Assembly (NCBI GenBank): GCA_963832745.1 | Contig: CAWHVC010000004.1 | Location: 96,001 to 160,000, forward strand | Reading direction: 5' to 3' | Origin: Candidatus Bathyarchaeota archaeon | Lineage (GTDB): Archaea > Thermoproteota > Bathyarchaeia > Bathyarchaeales > Bathycorpusculaceae | DNA: 64,000 nucleotides | Part shown: positions 1 through 10,675 of the stretch, in pieces | Numbering within the stretch: position 1 is the stretch's first letter | How the letters are laid out: the number at the start of each line of letters is the position of its first letter | Made by a program: the position numbers and the translations under genes | The notes under the pieces: model-generated | Seen by the model: the letters and a program-made list of their open reading frames with translations, nothing else | What the model was told of the DNA's origin: nothing | Databases searched by the model: none

Positions 1-226
1 TTTTAACAAAATGTGCTTATTTCTCGTAAACTTTTTGCTGTAAATAGCTCTTTCATGGTAGCTTTTTATGTTTGCTTGGTTAAAAGTCAAGTAATGCCTG
101 CTTTTCTTATGGTATTATAGATACTTATTGTAAGTAAAGGTTTTTACTTCATAAAGACAAAATAGAGCCTCAATCTAACTATCCCCAAAGGACACTTTAC
201 CCCTAAATTAGAAGGTCCACCACCTC

Positions 227-619
227 GTGAAAAAAAGCTTCCCTCAAGAAAGGAAAACCCGTTTCGTGGAAAAAATAAGCCTCGTAAAACTACGCTTAAG
301 AGCCATGCGCAGCGGCGTATGGTACAGAGCCCTCAACAGAATAGACCGCGTACTTGTAGATTTAACGATAAAAGTCGCCAAAACAAGCATCAAAAGCACT
401 TCACTGATAAACCAGTTGCTATCTGTAACCACGAAAATTGAGACCCTTCTTGAAAACAAACTTTCCCGAACAACAAGAGAATATGGTCTCCCGCAAGCCT
501 GCAAACTAAGCGGCATCGCGCAAAGCTGGGGAAACAAACACGCCCACGCTTGGAGTAGCGATTTTGGGTTTGCAACGTTTTTGGCGGCGCTAAAACTTAA
601 TGCTAGCCATGTCACGTAG
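227..619 (+). CDS. Small basic hypothetical protein
   Basis: 130-aa ORF, co-oriented and 24 bp upstream of the GT operon; no recognisable catalytic motif. Confidence 0.7.
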   Translation: MKKSFPQERKTRFVEKISLVKLRLRAMRSGVWYRALNRIDRVLVDLTIKVAKTSIKSTSLINQLLSVTTKIETLLENKLSRTTREYGLPQACKLSGIAQSWGNKHAHAWSSDFGFATFLAALKLNASHVT

Positions 620-643
620 TTTATTGATGCTGGAAAATTTGGT

Positions 644-1912
644 TTGGAATTAGTTAACATAGCTTTACTTTGCGTTTTCGGGGTCATTTACGCTTGGGTA
701 CTTTATAATATGCCTATCTTGGCTGTTGGCGTAAGGAACCTGCGTGCAACAAAGAAAAAAGAGCCTCCTGTACTAATGGACTCCAAGTTGCCTTTCTATT
801 CGATTATTGTGGCTGCTAAAAATGAAGCAAAAACAATCGGCAGACTGCTTGAGTCTTTAGTGCATCTTTATTATCCAATTGATAACATGGAAATTATTGT
901 TGTTGAGGATGGGTCAAACGATAGCACTTTTGAAATTTGTCAGCAATATGCTCAGAAGTATAGTTGCATTCAGGTTTTGCAGAAGCTTGATTCCACTGGT
1001 AAACCAGCTGCTTTGAATTTTGGTCTTAAAGAGGCTCGTGGTGAATTAATCGCTGTTTTTGATGCTGATAATGTTCCAGCTAAAGACGCGTTGTTAAATT
1101 CTGTAAAATATTTTCATGATCCAAAAGTTGCTGCTGTTCAGGGTAGGACTCAGTCAATTAATTCTAAAGAGAACATGTTAACTCAATTTATTTCATATGA
1201 AGAAGCGGTTTGGTGTGAAGCCTATCTAAGAGGTAAAGATGCCCTTGGCCTGTTTGTTCACCTAAAAGGCAGTTGCCAGTTCATCCGTGGGAATGTGCTT
1301 AGGAAGTTGGCTGGTTTTGATGAAAGTGTTCTTTCAGAAGATATGGAATTATCTGCGCATTTAGCGGAAAATGATTATCAAATTAAGTATGCTGGTGATG
1401 TGTGCACTTGGCAAGAAAGTCCCGCTAACCTTAAAGGTCTCTTTAAGCAGCGTACTCGCTGGTTTAGGGGTACAATGGATGTTGCAGTAAAATATGGTAA
1501 ACTGATTACAAAGCCCAGTAAGGTAAATTTTGATGCGGAAGTAACGCTGTTTGGTCCCTTTATCCTGATTGCTTCTTTGCTTTCTTACCTGATTGGTTTT
1601 GGTGCCTTTCTAACAGAGTATCCTTATAGCGTAATCTGGACTGCCTTCACATACTTCTCCTTATTTGCGATGACTGCGACCGTTTTATTGTGTGGTTTTG
1701 CTTTAGTTTTTGTTTCAAAGCCTCATAAGGCAAGTAATCTGCTTTGGTTGCCTTTTGTTTTTGGTTACTGGTTTATTCAAGGTTTTATTGCGTTTTATGC
1801 TGGAATACTTAACTTGTTACGTAGACCGAAAAACTGGTTGAAAACTGAAAAAAGCGGCAAAATATCTGATCCGGCCTTTATTGTGGAGGAGCCTTTATGC
1901 ATCGAGAAATGA
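644..1912 (+). CDS. Processive-type GT2 glycosyltransferase (cellulose synthase/IcaA-like)
   Basis: N-terminal TM, AAKNE, EDGSND, GKPAALN, FDAD, SED, QRTRW (D,D,D,QxxRW) motifs, C-terminal TMs. Confidence 0.92.
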   Translation: MELVNIALLCVFGVIYAWVLYNMPILAVGVRNLRATKKKEPPVLMDSKLPFYSIIVAAKNEAKTIGRLLESLVHLYYPIDNMEIIVVEDGSNDSTFEICQQYAQKYSCIQVLQKLDSTGKPAALNFGLKEARGELIAVFDADNVPAKDALLNSVKYFHDPKVAAVQGRTQSINSKENMLTQFISYEEAVWCEAYLRGKDALGLFVHLKGSCQFIRGNVLRKLAGFDESVLSEDMELSAHLAENDYQIKYAGDVCTWQESPANLKGLFKQRTRWFRGTMDVAVKYGKLITKPSKVNFDAEVTLFGPFILIASLLSYLIGFGAFLTEYPYSVIWTAFTYFSLFAMTATVLLCGFALVFVSKPHKASNLLWLPFVFGYWFIQGFIAFYAGILNLLRRPKNWLKTEKSGKISDPAFIVEEPLCIEK

Positions 1913-2856
1913 ATGTGTTAGTTACTGGTGGTGCAGGGTTTATCGGAAGCCACTTGGTCGATCGTTTGGTAAATAGTGGCTACCACGTTAAAGTGTTTGA
2001 TAATCTCTCTACAGGGAATTTGTCCAATATACAGGGTCATATTGATAGTGGTAAAATTGATTTTGTTAAAGGTGACATAAGAAACCTTGAACAAGTTAAA
2101 ACTTGCGTTCAAGGTATGGATGCTGTGTTCCATCTTGCTGCCGTGGTAAGTGTGCCTTTATCTGTAAAAGATCCCAAGTTTACTTACGAGACAAACGTTT
2201 CAGGAACTATTAACCTACTTTCTGCGCTTGCAAGCAAGAATTCAAACGGAAAATTCATTTTCGTTTCATCCTGTGCAGTTTATGGTGAACCTCAATATTT
2301 GCCAGTTGATGAGAAGCATCCTACTAACCCCATTTCGCCTTACGCTGACTCAAAACTTTTGGGCGAATATTATACTTTGGGCTTTAATCAAAACAAGCTT
2401 CTAAGAACCGCTGCTTTACGCTTCTTTAATGTTTATGGCCTGCGACAAGGCTTAAGTGAATACAGCGGGGTTATGACCAAATTTATTGATTGCATAAAAC
2501 AAAAAATGCCCTTAACAATCTATGGTGATGGTACTCAAACCCGCGATTTTGTGCACGTTTCAAATATCGTTGATGCGATTGTTGCTTGCTTAGAAAATCC
2601 GGCGGCTGAAGGTCAAGTCTTTAACATTGGTACAGGAAACGCCCTAACAATTGAGGATTTGGCAAAAAGTCTCATTCAGCTTTCTGGTGCCTCTTGTTCA
2701 ATTGCTCATGCGCCGATTAGGGAAGGCGACATTAAACATAGCTATGCAAATATTTCGAAAGCTAAAAGCTTGCTTGATTATCAGTCGACAATGCAGTTAA
2801 ACACTGGCTTGCAAGAGTTGCTTGCAGCTGCCAACGCTTTGAACCTAGAAAAGTAG
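1909..2856 (+). CDS. NAD-dependent nucleotide-sugar epimerase/dehydratase (GalE/WbpP-like SDR)
   Basis: GGAGFIG Rossmann motif, YxxxK (YADSK), RFFNVYG, RDFVHV; ATG at 1909 overlaps the upstream stop. Confidence 0.92.
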   Translation: MNVLVTGGAGFIGSHLVDRLVNSGYHVKVFDNLSTGNLSNIQGHIDSGKIDFVKGDIRNLEQVKTCVQGMDAVFHLAAVVSVPLSVKDPKFTYETNVSGTINLLSALASKNSNGKFIFVSSCAVYGEPQYLPVDEKHPTNPISPYADSKLLGEYYTLGFNQNKLLRTAALRFFNVYGLRQGLSEYSGVMTKFIDCIKQKMPLTIYGDGTQTRDFVHVSNIVDAIVACLENPAAEGQVFNIGTGNALTIEDLAKSLIQLSGASCSIAHAPIREGDIKHSYANISKAKSLLDYQSTMQLNTGLQELLAAANALNLEK

Positions 2857-2874
2857 GCGAGAAGAAAGTTCAAA

Positions 2875-4446
2875 TTGAATCTTAGCTTTAATTCGTCTTT
2901 AAGTATCAATAAGCTTGGTGACTACAAGCTCCTTGGTCTCTGCTTAAGCTTGGGTTTCTTAATTCGTTTAGTTCCTGAAGTTTTGGCTTACTGGACACCA
3001 ATCGGGTTTGACACAATCTATTATGGTTACGTGATGAAAGCCGGCATCATATTGCCCCATTTGAGTAGCTTCTTTACTTCCACGTGGTTACTTTCTGCAT
3101 TAATCGTGCCAGCTTACAGCCTCATACAAGGTGACCCCTTTCTGATACTGAAAATCACGGGCCCATTGCTGTTTGGGTTAAATGTTGCAGGCGTTTACTG
3201 GTTTAGCCGAAAAATGTTGGGCTGGAGTCCTCTGATGGGATTGGCGGCAGGAGTGTTTTTCGCGTTGCAACTTGCGTCGCTTAGAATTAGCTGGGACTTG
3301 TTGCGTAACACGTTAGGTTTGGGTGTATTGCTCTTTGCGCTTTCATACGTTAAAGAAGTCGATACTAAACGTGGTTTTGCTCTCTTCACTGGGCTCTCCC
3401 TGTTGGCGGTTTTTGCGCATGAGTATGCAGCTGTGATTTTGCTGTTCACCGTGGGCAGCTTGTTTGCATGGAAACTTGTTAAGAAGCAGCTTAATCGTAA
3501 TTATAAACTGTTGGCTTTGGGTTTGTTGCCTGCATTGTCAGTATTCATTGTCGGACTCCTCCTAAGAATAAACCCCATACATTACGGTTCAACCTCAAAC
3601 GTTATCACTGCAAGCGATACAATAAGCGGCACATCAGGCTTATTCTTCTTAACAAACTACCTCCAAGTGCAAAACTCTATCGATTACTATTCAAGCTACT
3701 GGATGCTCGCCCTAAACGTCATACTGCTTTTCACTGTATTGTTTGTGCCCTACATTTACTTGGTAAAGAAAGGTTACTTCAAAAACGGCATCCTAACCTC
3801 GTGGACAGTTCTGTTGTTGGTTGGCGCTTTTGGCTGCTTGATAATGCCCTTTTTTGCTTTGCAGTATTGGCATCGTTGGATGTTCATGCTTGTTTACCCC
3901 TTTACTTTCTACGCCATATACGGAATCGCAAAAATCGTTGCCAAATCATCTGCCACAGGGAAACCGCTTTTGTCCGCGTTCTTTTCTAACAAGAAAGCCT
4001 CAGGCATGATCCTCTTAACCATAGGCTTAGGCGTAGCCTACCTATTCACGCCCATAACAATGATGTATGCAAACAAAAGCATACCAAACATGACAGCAAC
4101 CCAAGTTTACTTTTCAACCGACCCAGCTGTACCTTATCAGGATGAACAAAACGTGGTCTTAGCCATGGACTGGATAAACCAGAACGCAAGCCCTGATTCC
4201 TGTGTTATTCTACAGCATCATTTTCTCGAATATGGCAGGTTGTATGTTTCAAGTTCCGAATCAGTCGTGCATTATGATTTGGATGTTGACCAAGCAGTCA
4301 ACAAAGCATCCGAATCAGGATACAACACAGTCTATTTCGTCTGGTGGAACACGCCAATCGGCTGGAATGAAACCCCTGTACCCACAGGTTTTGTTAGCGT
4401 CGCCGATTTTGGCAGAATCTCAGTTTACAGTTACATGAAGGCATAA
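2875..4446 (+). CDS. Multi-pass membrane protein, GT-C-like (putative lipid-linked sugar transferase)
   Basis: Many TM helices, first-loop GFDT motif, C-terminal soluble domain with 'AMDWINQN' segment. Confidence 0.7.
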   Translation: MNLSFNSSLSINKLGDYKLLGLCLSLGFLIRLVPEVLAYWTPIGFDTIYYGYVMKAGIILPHLSSFFTSTWLLSALIVPAYSLIQGDPFLILKITGPLLFGLNVAGVYWFSRKMLGWSPLMGLAAGVFFALQLASLRISWDLLRNTLGLGVLLFALSYVKEVDTKRGFALFTGLSLLAVFAHEYAAVILLFTVGSLFAWKLVKKQLNRNYKLLALGLLPALSVFIVGLLLRINPIHYGSTSNVITASDTISGTSGLFFLTNYLQVQNSIDYYSSYWMLALNVILLFTVLFVPYIYLVKKGYFKNGILTSWTVLLLVGAFGCLIMPFFALQYWHRWMFMLVYPFTFYAIYGIAKIVAKSSATGKPLLSAFFSNKKASGMILLTIGLGVAYLFTPITMMYANKSIPNMTATQVYFSTDPAVPYQDEQNVVLAMDWINQNASPDSCVILQHHFLEYGRLYVSSSESVVHYDLDVDQAVNKASESGYNTVYFVWWNTPIGWNETPVPTGFVSVADFGRISVYSYMKA

Positions 4447-4451
4447 CATAA

Positions 4452-5422
4452 ATGGTTGAAGTACAAGAAACCCCTCAAGTACTGCTAAACAGCACAGCAG
4501 TACAAGAACATCCCTTTATAGTCGTGGGCATCCCCGCGTTTAATGAAGAACACTCAATCGCACGCATAGTGATTGAAGCACAAAAATACGCCGACGACGT
4601 CATAGTCTGCGACGATGGCTCATCAGACTTTACCTCAAAAATCGCTCAACACTTAGGCGCAGTAGTAATACGTCACAAACAAAACATGGGCTATGGTGCA
4701 GCCATCAAAAGCCTCTTCGAACGTGCATTAACTTTAGGCGCCGACGTACTTATCACCATAGACGGCGATGGACAACATGACGCATTAGAAATCCCCCAAG
4801 TCATAAAACCAATCACAGACGGATCAGCCGATGTTGTAATAGGCAGCAGATTCATCGATCAAGAAGGTACAAAAGAAATGCCCTTCTACAGACGACTCGG
4901 AGCCCAAGTAATCACAAAACTTGTAAACGGCTCCTCACAGACAGGTGTCAAAGATTCACAAAGCGGCTTTAGAGCCTACAATCGGCGTAGCACTTGAACG
5001 CCTTTGTGTTTCTGAAGCGGGTATGGGTGCAAGCGTACAAATCCTTCTTGAAGCAAGCAAACAGGATCTACGAATAAGCGAAGTTGCAAGCACATGCAAG
5101 TACGAAACCAGCGGTGGTTCCACTTCAACAGAAAACCCTGTAACCCATGGTGTAGGCGTCATAATGTCGCTGGTTCGTCTTATCGTTGAAGAACGACCCT
5201 TAACTGTCTTAGGAATTCCTGGTGTATTCTGTCTTATTGCAGGGGTATTTCTTCGGAGTTTGGCTACTGCAAATCTATGCAGAAACACATGCGATAGTAA
5301 CTAACATTGCTATTGCAACGCTTGGTTTCACTGTAATCGGATTCTTCATGATATCAACATCAATAACACTGTATGCCATTACGCGGATTACTGATAAAAT
5401 GAACAAAATTAAAACCCTCTGA
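4452..5422 (+). CDS. DPM1-like GT2 glycosyltransferase with C-terminal TMs, split by two frameshifts (~4985, ~5250)
   Basis: PAFNEE, DDGSSD, GYGAA, DGDGQH, DSQSGFRAY; continuation found in ORFs 4945-5304 and 5222-5422. Confidence 0.8.
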
Positions 5423-5437
5423 GGAGAAATTAAAACC

Positions 5438-6289
5438 TTGAAAATATCTATAAGGGCGTTTTTGCAGCGCCTATTAACCTATCCGCTTCTAATGCCTCTT
5501 ATGGTTCTTTATAGTGTAGTCGATAATAAACAGGTGGTTCTCGATATCTTCTACCTGATTAGAGGTACTCCGCATGGCTATTTGACTGGAAAAACACGCG
5601 TTGCTTCATATGGCGGGTTAAAAATGGTTTTTCCATTTAATGAAGACCCTTTCTTTGATGATGTATGGTTAAGAAATGTCTATCAAGCATATACTCCACA
5701 GAAGGGTCACATAGTCATTGATATAGGTGCCCACATGGGTTTCTTTTCTATGAGTCTTATTAAAAAAACGAAAAAGGTAATAGCTATTGAACCCGACCCA
5801 ATTAATTTCAAGTTTCTAAGTCAAAACATTGCTTCAAATAGTGAATTTGGGCAGATTGAACCGTATAATTTAGCTCTTGGAGAAAAATCTGGGAACGTAT
5901 ATCTTGATAGGGATATTTATGGTCATGGTCGCTCATCTATAGTTGGCATAGCCACGAATTTTCCGTGTAAAATGCAGACATTAGACGAATTTTTGCCTCA
6001 ATTAGCTCTAGAAAAAGTAGATTTGATAAAAATTGACACTGAAGGTTTTGAACTTAACATTCTTAAAGGCTCTGTTAAAGTTCTTAAATCGTATCGACCC
6101 GACCTTATCATAGCTGCTTATCATTCTCCCGAAGAGTATATTGTTGTAAGCAATTTTTTAAAAATGCATGGTTACTCTGTCTTGTATTATTATAGTCCAC
6201 TTTTTCTTAGCGGCGGCAAAGAAATCTATCTTTATGCAAAGGCTTTAGAAAGCTCTGTAGAGTCACAAAATTTTTCGCAATCTCGTTAG
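5438..6289 (+). CDS. FkbM-family SAM-dependent methyltransferase
   Basis: IDIGAHMG, AIEPDP, IKIDTEGFE motifs. Confidence 0.9.
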   Translation: MKISIRAFLQRLLTYPLLMPLMVLYSVVDNKQVVLDIFYLIRGTPHGYLTGKTRVASYGGLKMVFPFNEDPFFDDVWLRNVYQAYTPQKGHIVIDIGAHMGFFSMSLIKKTKKVIAIEPDPINFKFLSQNIASNSEFGQIEPYNLALGEKSGNVYLDRDIYGHGRSSIVGIATNFPCKMQTLDEFLPQLALEKVDLIKIDTEGFELNILKGSVKVLKSYRPDLIIAAYHSPEEYIVVSNFLKMHGYSVLYYYSPLFLSGGKEIYLYAKALESSVESQNFSQSR

Positions 6290-6305
6290 GTCAACACTGA
6301 TTGAC

Positions 6306-7526
6306 ATGAAAGTTGCTTTTCTATTGATGCATCCTTTTTCTGAATCTATGGGCTCAGTTGTAAGAGTGCGAGAGCTTGCTTTAGCACTTGAAACGAAAAG
6401 TGTAGAGTCGTACATTTTTACGCCGTATGAGCAATCTTTCGATTTGTCAACAAATGTTCATGTAACCTCATTGAGTAGTTTTATGAATCGTTTTGGGGTT
6501 TCCAGTAAAATCTATAATCTTTCAAAAGCGTTGTATTACAACCAAGCTTTTCCAAGCATCTTTTCGAAGTTTACTTCTAACTCTAACATTGTAGTCGCTA
6601 AAATTGTTAATAATATAGCTAAGATGATTAAGGATGAAGCGATTGATATTATACAAATAGAACAGGACGCAGCATTACCCTTTGCCTTAGGCTTAAAAGA
6701 AAAAACAGAATTGCCTGTTGTAGTTGATGTGCACAATATTTCTTCCGAAGAATTGGTGTCTGTCGGTTTACTTGAAAGAAACAGTAAAAAATATGCAGCG
6801 CTTCAGCAGGCAACCAAATTTGGGCTTTCTACCGTTGACCATGTGATTGTTGTAAGTGAAGTTATGAAAGATTATGTTACTGCCAATTATGGCCTGAGCA
6901 GAAAAAATGTTTCAGTGGTTCCCCCTGGAGGAAGATCAAACGTTGAATGTCTCAGCGGCGTTAAACGTGGTCTTCCACCTAAGGTGGTTTATGCTGGTCT
7001 AGTAGCGTCTCGTGAGCATGTTGATCTTTTCGTTAAAAGCATCCCTGTCGTGCTAAGTAAGCATCCAGATGCAGAATTTTATATTACTAAAAAAGGTGAA
7101 GATATCCACTGTATTAAGAAATTAGCTCAGAATTTACAAGTGAAACCAAATTTTTTCTGGTTCAATAAGTATTCAGAATTGAACAATTTCTTATCGTCTT
7201 GTGATGTCGGCGTTTTACCCTCCTCTTCCGATCTTGCGAGGCGTATGGGAACACCTGCAAAACTATTCACCTATTTATCTGCAGGGCTTCCTATAGTAGC
7301 CAACGATGTTGGAGGATGGACTGACATAATTAAGAATTCCCATGTTGGCCTGTTAACTCCTGATGACCCTAAAGAGTTCGGCGCCGCAATAATAGACTTA
7401 TTAGATAACCCTCAGCATAGACAGGAGTATGCCCTTAACGGCTTAGAATTGATCGCCAGAAAGTATAATTGGGGCAAATCAGCGCAAATCCTACTTGATA
7501 CCTATTGCAATTTGTTAACTAATTGA
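6306..7526 (+). CDS. GT4 glycosyltransferase
   Basis: GT-B features: DVH, VSE, PAKLFTYLSAGLPIV, YNW. Confidence 0.88.
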   Translation: MKVAFLLMHPFSESMGSVVRVRELALALETKSVESYIFTPYEQSFDLSTNVHVTSLSSFMNRFGVSSKIYNLSKALYYNQAFPSIFSKFTSNSNIVVAKIVNNIAKMIKDEAIDIIQIEQDAALPFALGLKEKTELPVVVDVHNISSEELVSVGLLERNSKKYAALQQATKFGLSTVDHVIVVSEVMKDYVTANYGLSRKNVSVVPPGGRSNVECLSGVKRGLPPKVVYAGLVASREHVDLFVKSIPVVLSKHPDAEFYITKKGEDIHCIKKLAQNLQVKPNFFWFNKYSELNNFLSSCDVGVLPSSSDLARRMGTPAKLFTYLSAGLPIVANDVGGWTDIIKNSHVGLLTPDDPKEFGAAIIDLLDNPQHRQEYALNGLELIARKYNWGKSAQILLDTYCNLLTN

Positions 7527-7538
7527 CTGAAGATAAAG

Positions 7539-8558
7539 ATGGCTTCCAACATTTCCTTTAAGAAAGACTGTTTGCCCTTTGTGTCACTTATTATTCCAAT
7601 GAAAAATGAAGAGGCATACATTACTAACTGTTTAGAGTCTTTTGTTAACCAAAGTTATCCAAGGGATCATTATGAGATTTTAATAGTTGATGATCATTCA
7701 ATTGACAACTCTACCAAAAAAGTTGAAGCTTTGATTGATAGATATCCCGAGACAAGAATCACTCTTTTAACATCTGACAGAGTTGGTGTATCTAACGCCT
7801 ATAGAACCGGTATCGGTCTTGCAAAAGGTGTAATCATTTTACGCGCCACTGCGCATTTAATCGCGGAAAAGAATACTATGTTAGAATTGGTTACCAAGCT
7901 CTCGGATTTACCTAGCGAATATGTTGGTACCACTTGCCCCTTAGTGGTATACCCAAAAGATAAGACCTTTTCACGAGCGACAGTGGCTCTTCTTGCATCC
8001 TCACTGGGTGGTTATGGAACCTCTCATTATTCTCCCAAGCAATCAGGCCCTACTCGTGAGGGAAAAACGATTATGGCTTTGAGAGCCGACATTTTTGGCC
8101 TTATTGGCGGTTATCCTGAGGGTGACGATTCGGAATTGAATGCCTTAATTCAAAAGGCTGGTTATAAATTTTGGTTAGTGAAAGAAACACACGCATTTTA
8201 CCGATACAAGCATTTTGGGCTTGTTCGGCATTTTAAACGGATGTTTTCATATGGCGAATCAAGAGCTCGTGAGTTCAGAAAGCACAACTCTTCCAAGAAA
8301 TTGGTTTATATAATTCCTTCAATCCTTACTTTGTCAATATTATTTTTGTTTGCCTCATTGTTTTTCAATAATTGGCTTATTAGACTCATTGCTGGTTCGT
8401 TAATTGTGTCATACTTAATTATTGTCCTGGCATTATCTCTTTCTATTTCTCTAAAAAACCGTAGTTCTTCCTTTCTTCTCATCTTGCCAATAATCATGTT
8501 ATTGACTTATGTCGGATATGGTGCAGGCTTCCTTAAAGGGCTCTTTTTCCGCAGATAA
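7539..8558 (+). CDS. GT2 glycosyltransferase (ExoA-like) with C-terminal TMs
   Basis: SLIIPMKNEE, DDHSID, GDD, YGxGF C-terminal TM. Confidence 0.85.
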   Translation: MASNISFKKDCLPFVSLIIPMKNEEAYITNCLESFVNQSYPRDHYEILIVDDHSIDNSTKKVEALIDRYPETRITLLTSDRVGVSNAYRTGIGLAKGVIILRATAHLIAEKNTMLELVTKLSDLPSEYVGTTCPLVVYPKDKTFSRATVALLASSLGGYGTSHYSPKQSGPTREGKTIMALRADIFGLIGGYPEGDDSELNALIQKAGYKFWLVKETHAFYRYKHFGLVRHFKRMFSYGESRAREFRKHNSSKKLVYIIPSILTLSILFLFASLFFNNWLIRLIAGSLIVSYLIIVLALSLSISLKNRSSSFLLILPIIMLLTYVGYGAGFLKGLFFRR

Positions 8559-8586
8559 TCTCCCAATCCGCTTGATTGATGAAAAA

Positions 8587-9591
8587 ATGTCTGTGAGTAT
8601 TATAATAGTAAATTATAATGGCTTGCTTTATATGAATAAACTTTTAACAAGCCTTCAGAATCAGACTTATACTCATTTTGAGATTGTTTTGATAGATAAC
8701 GCATCAAGTGACGATTCTTTGAGGTTGGTAGATAAGTATGCAGAAATTTTATCTCTCAAGATTATCAAGAACAGAGTTAATGTTGGCTTTTGTGAGGCTG
8801 TTAATCAAGGATTAAACCAATCTAACGGCAAATGGGTTGTGCTTCTTAATAATGATACTTATCTTGATATTCATTGGCTTGAAGAATTAGTCAAAAGAGC
8901 CAATTTAGGCGATAAGCCTGTAGCAGTTGTTAGCCGCATACTTGACGAGGGTTCTAAATTGTCAATATATGGTAATAATTATGACTTTTACGGTGCTACG
9001 CTTGCACAGAATACCTTAAGCCGTGCCAATTTTTTTTACGGTTCTGGGGCATCTCTAATGGTTGAGCGAGAGGTGTTTAAAAAGATAGGTGGATTGGACT
9101 CTGCTTTATTTATGTACCAAGACGATCCGGATTTATGTTGGCGTTTAAGATTAATTAACCGTAAAATTGTGTGTGCCGACCGTTCAATTTGTTATCATAT
9201 GCAATCTTCAGGGACTGTCCTGGTATCTAACATGAGTATGCCCGTTTGGAAGTTCTATTTCGCTCACCCTCGAAACCGCATTCGAGTATTGACCAAGAAT
9301 TATTCAGGTCTAAATATATTGAAACGCTTGCCTCAAGTGGTTGTTTTGATTGAATTTCGTGCAATCCTTCTTACAACTGTGAATAAGAACCCAAATTATT
9401 TGAGTGCAGTAATGAAAGGTTTCGTGTGGAATCTTCGACATCTTAGTGAAACATTAAAGCAACGGCATATTATTCAGCACTCTCGACGAGTGACTGACGG
9501 CGAAATAGAAAGTTTTATGCAACCTTATTCGATTGAGCTTTGGGGTTTTCGAAATTATTCATTACAAACAAAAAACTGCGAAGTTAAGTGA
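8587..9591 (+). CDS. GT2 glycosyltransferase (WbbL/rhamnosyltransferase-like)
   Basis: SIIIVNYN, DNASSD, NVGF, LLNND, FMYQDDPDLCWR; ATG 8587 preferred over 8509. Confidence 0.88.
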   Translation: MSVSIIIVNYNGLLYMNKLLTSLQNQTYTHFEIVLIDNASSDDSLRLVDKYAEILSLKIIKNRVNVGFCEAVNQGLNQSNGKWVVLLNNDTYLDIHWLEELVKRANLGDKPVAVVSRILDEGSKLSIYGNNYDFYGATLAQNTLSRANFFYGSGASLMVEREVFKKIGGLDSALFMYQDDPDLCWRLRLINRKIVCADRSICYHMQSSGTVLVSNMSMPVWKFYFAHPRNRIRVLTKNYSGLNILKRLPQVVVLIEFRAILLTTVNKNPNYLSAVMKGFVWNLRHLSETLKQRHIIQHSRRVTDGEIESFMQPYSIELWGFRNYSLQTKNCEVK

Positions 9592-9600
9592 TATTCAAAG

Positions 9601-10560
9601 ATGATACAAGGAAAGCTTCCTAGTATAATCATTCCCATGTTAAACGAGGCTGAACATGTTGAGAAATTATTAGATAGTATATTGGAACAAACTTACAGGC
9701 CATTAGAATTACTCTTAGTTGACGGTGGATCAAACGATGGGTCCACTGAGATTACTCAAAAATATTCAACGCGTTTTATAGATTCAAGCATTGATATGCA
9801 AATATTTGATGAAACAAAGTTTTCGGGGTTTTTAGGTCCAGCGCATGCTCGTAACGTAGGCATTTTAAATTCTTTGGGAGAATGCCTCCTTTTTATAGAT
9901 GCAGATTTTCTATTATCCGATGACTCAATTGTCAAAAAGGTTATGGCTGCCTTAGAAGTCAATTCTGCCGTAGCGGTTGAAATAAAACCTTTAATTGACA
10001 ATTTTGTGGAAGAACAAGTGGCAATGGACGATTATAACACAAAATACCATAAGACTATACATTATTATTTTGCGCTTCAAAAAAGCGCGTTAGAGGGTCA
10101 GTTGTTTGATGAGCATCTAGGGTTTGGCGAAGACTCCGACTTCTTCGAACGCATAAATGCAAAGCCAATTCTAATAGATGCTACGCTTAGTAGGCATTAC
10201 TGCCATTCATTAAGTGAATATAGCAAACAGTGGCGTTGGTATGGTAAAACAACTGTTCCCCTATTAAGAAAGTATTCTTATAATCCAAAAACGATTTTGA
10301 ACACTGTTGTTTTGTTAGCTCCTTTTTTCTTATTGATATGCGCTGTTTTGATAGGTCTCTTTGAAATCAAATTTAGTATTGCTTTAATTGTGCTCTATTT
10401 TATGTTTATAGCACTTAGATTCTGGAGGTCTCCAGCTAAAACGCTTTCAAGATTTATGTATTTAATGTTTGGAACAATCTTTCGTTCATATTTCTACGCT
10501 GTTGGACTCTGGTTGTATCTGATAAAGCCGCATATAGGGCTAAATAGGCAACGCAGCTAA
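9601..10560 (+). CDS. GT2 glycosyltransferase with C-terminal TMs
   Basis: IIPMLNE, DGGSND, ARNVG, FIDAD, GED. Confidence 0.88.
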   Translation: MIQGKLPSIIIPMLNEAEHVEKLLDSILEQTYRPLELLLVDGGSNDGSTEITQKYSTRFIDSSIDMQIFDETKFSGFLGPAHARNVGILNSLGECLLFIDADFLLSDDSIVKKVMAALEVNSAVAVEIKPLIDNFVEEQVAMDDYNTKYHKTIHYYFALQKSALEGQLFDEHLGFGEDSDFFERINAKPILIDATLSRHYCHSLSEYSKQWRWYGKTTVPLLRKYSYNPKTILNTVVLLAPFFLLICAVLIGLFEIKFSIALIVLYFMFIALRFWRSPAKTLSRFMYLMFGTIFRSYFYAVGLWLYLIKPHIGLNRQRS

Positions 10561-10675
10561 ATTGATTCCATTAATAAGGAATAAATAGTTGGCTTAAAAA
10601 AGAGTTTGAAGATAATGGTAAATGGGACTATCATAAGCCTTTTTAGTATATTTGCAACTTGAGTAGTGATTTGTC

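Noticed and set aside
244-687. Antisense shadow ORFs here and throughout (e.g. 3195-3449, 39783-40187, 43583-43954, 53173-53550)
   Set aside because: Overlap well-supported genes on the other strand or frame and have no independent motifs.
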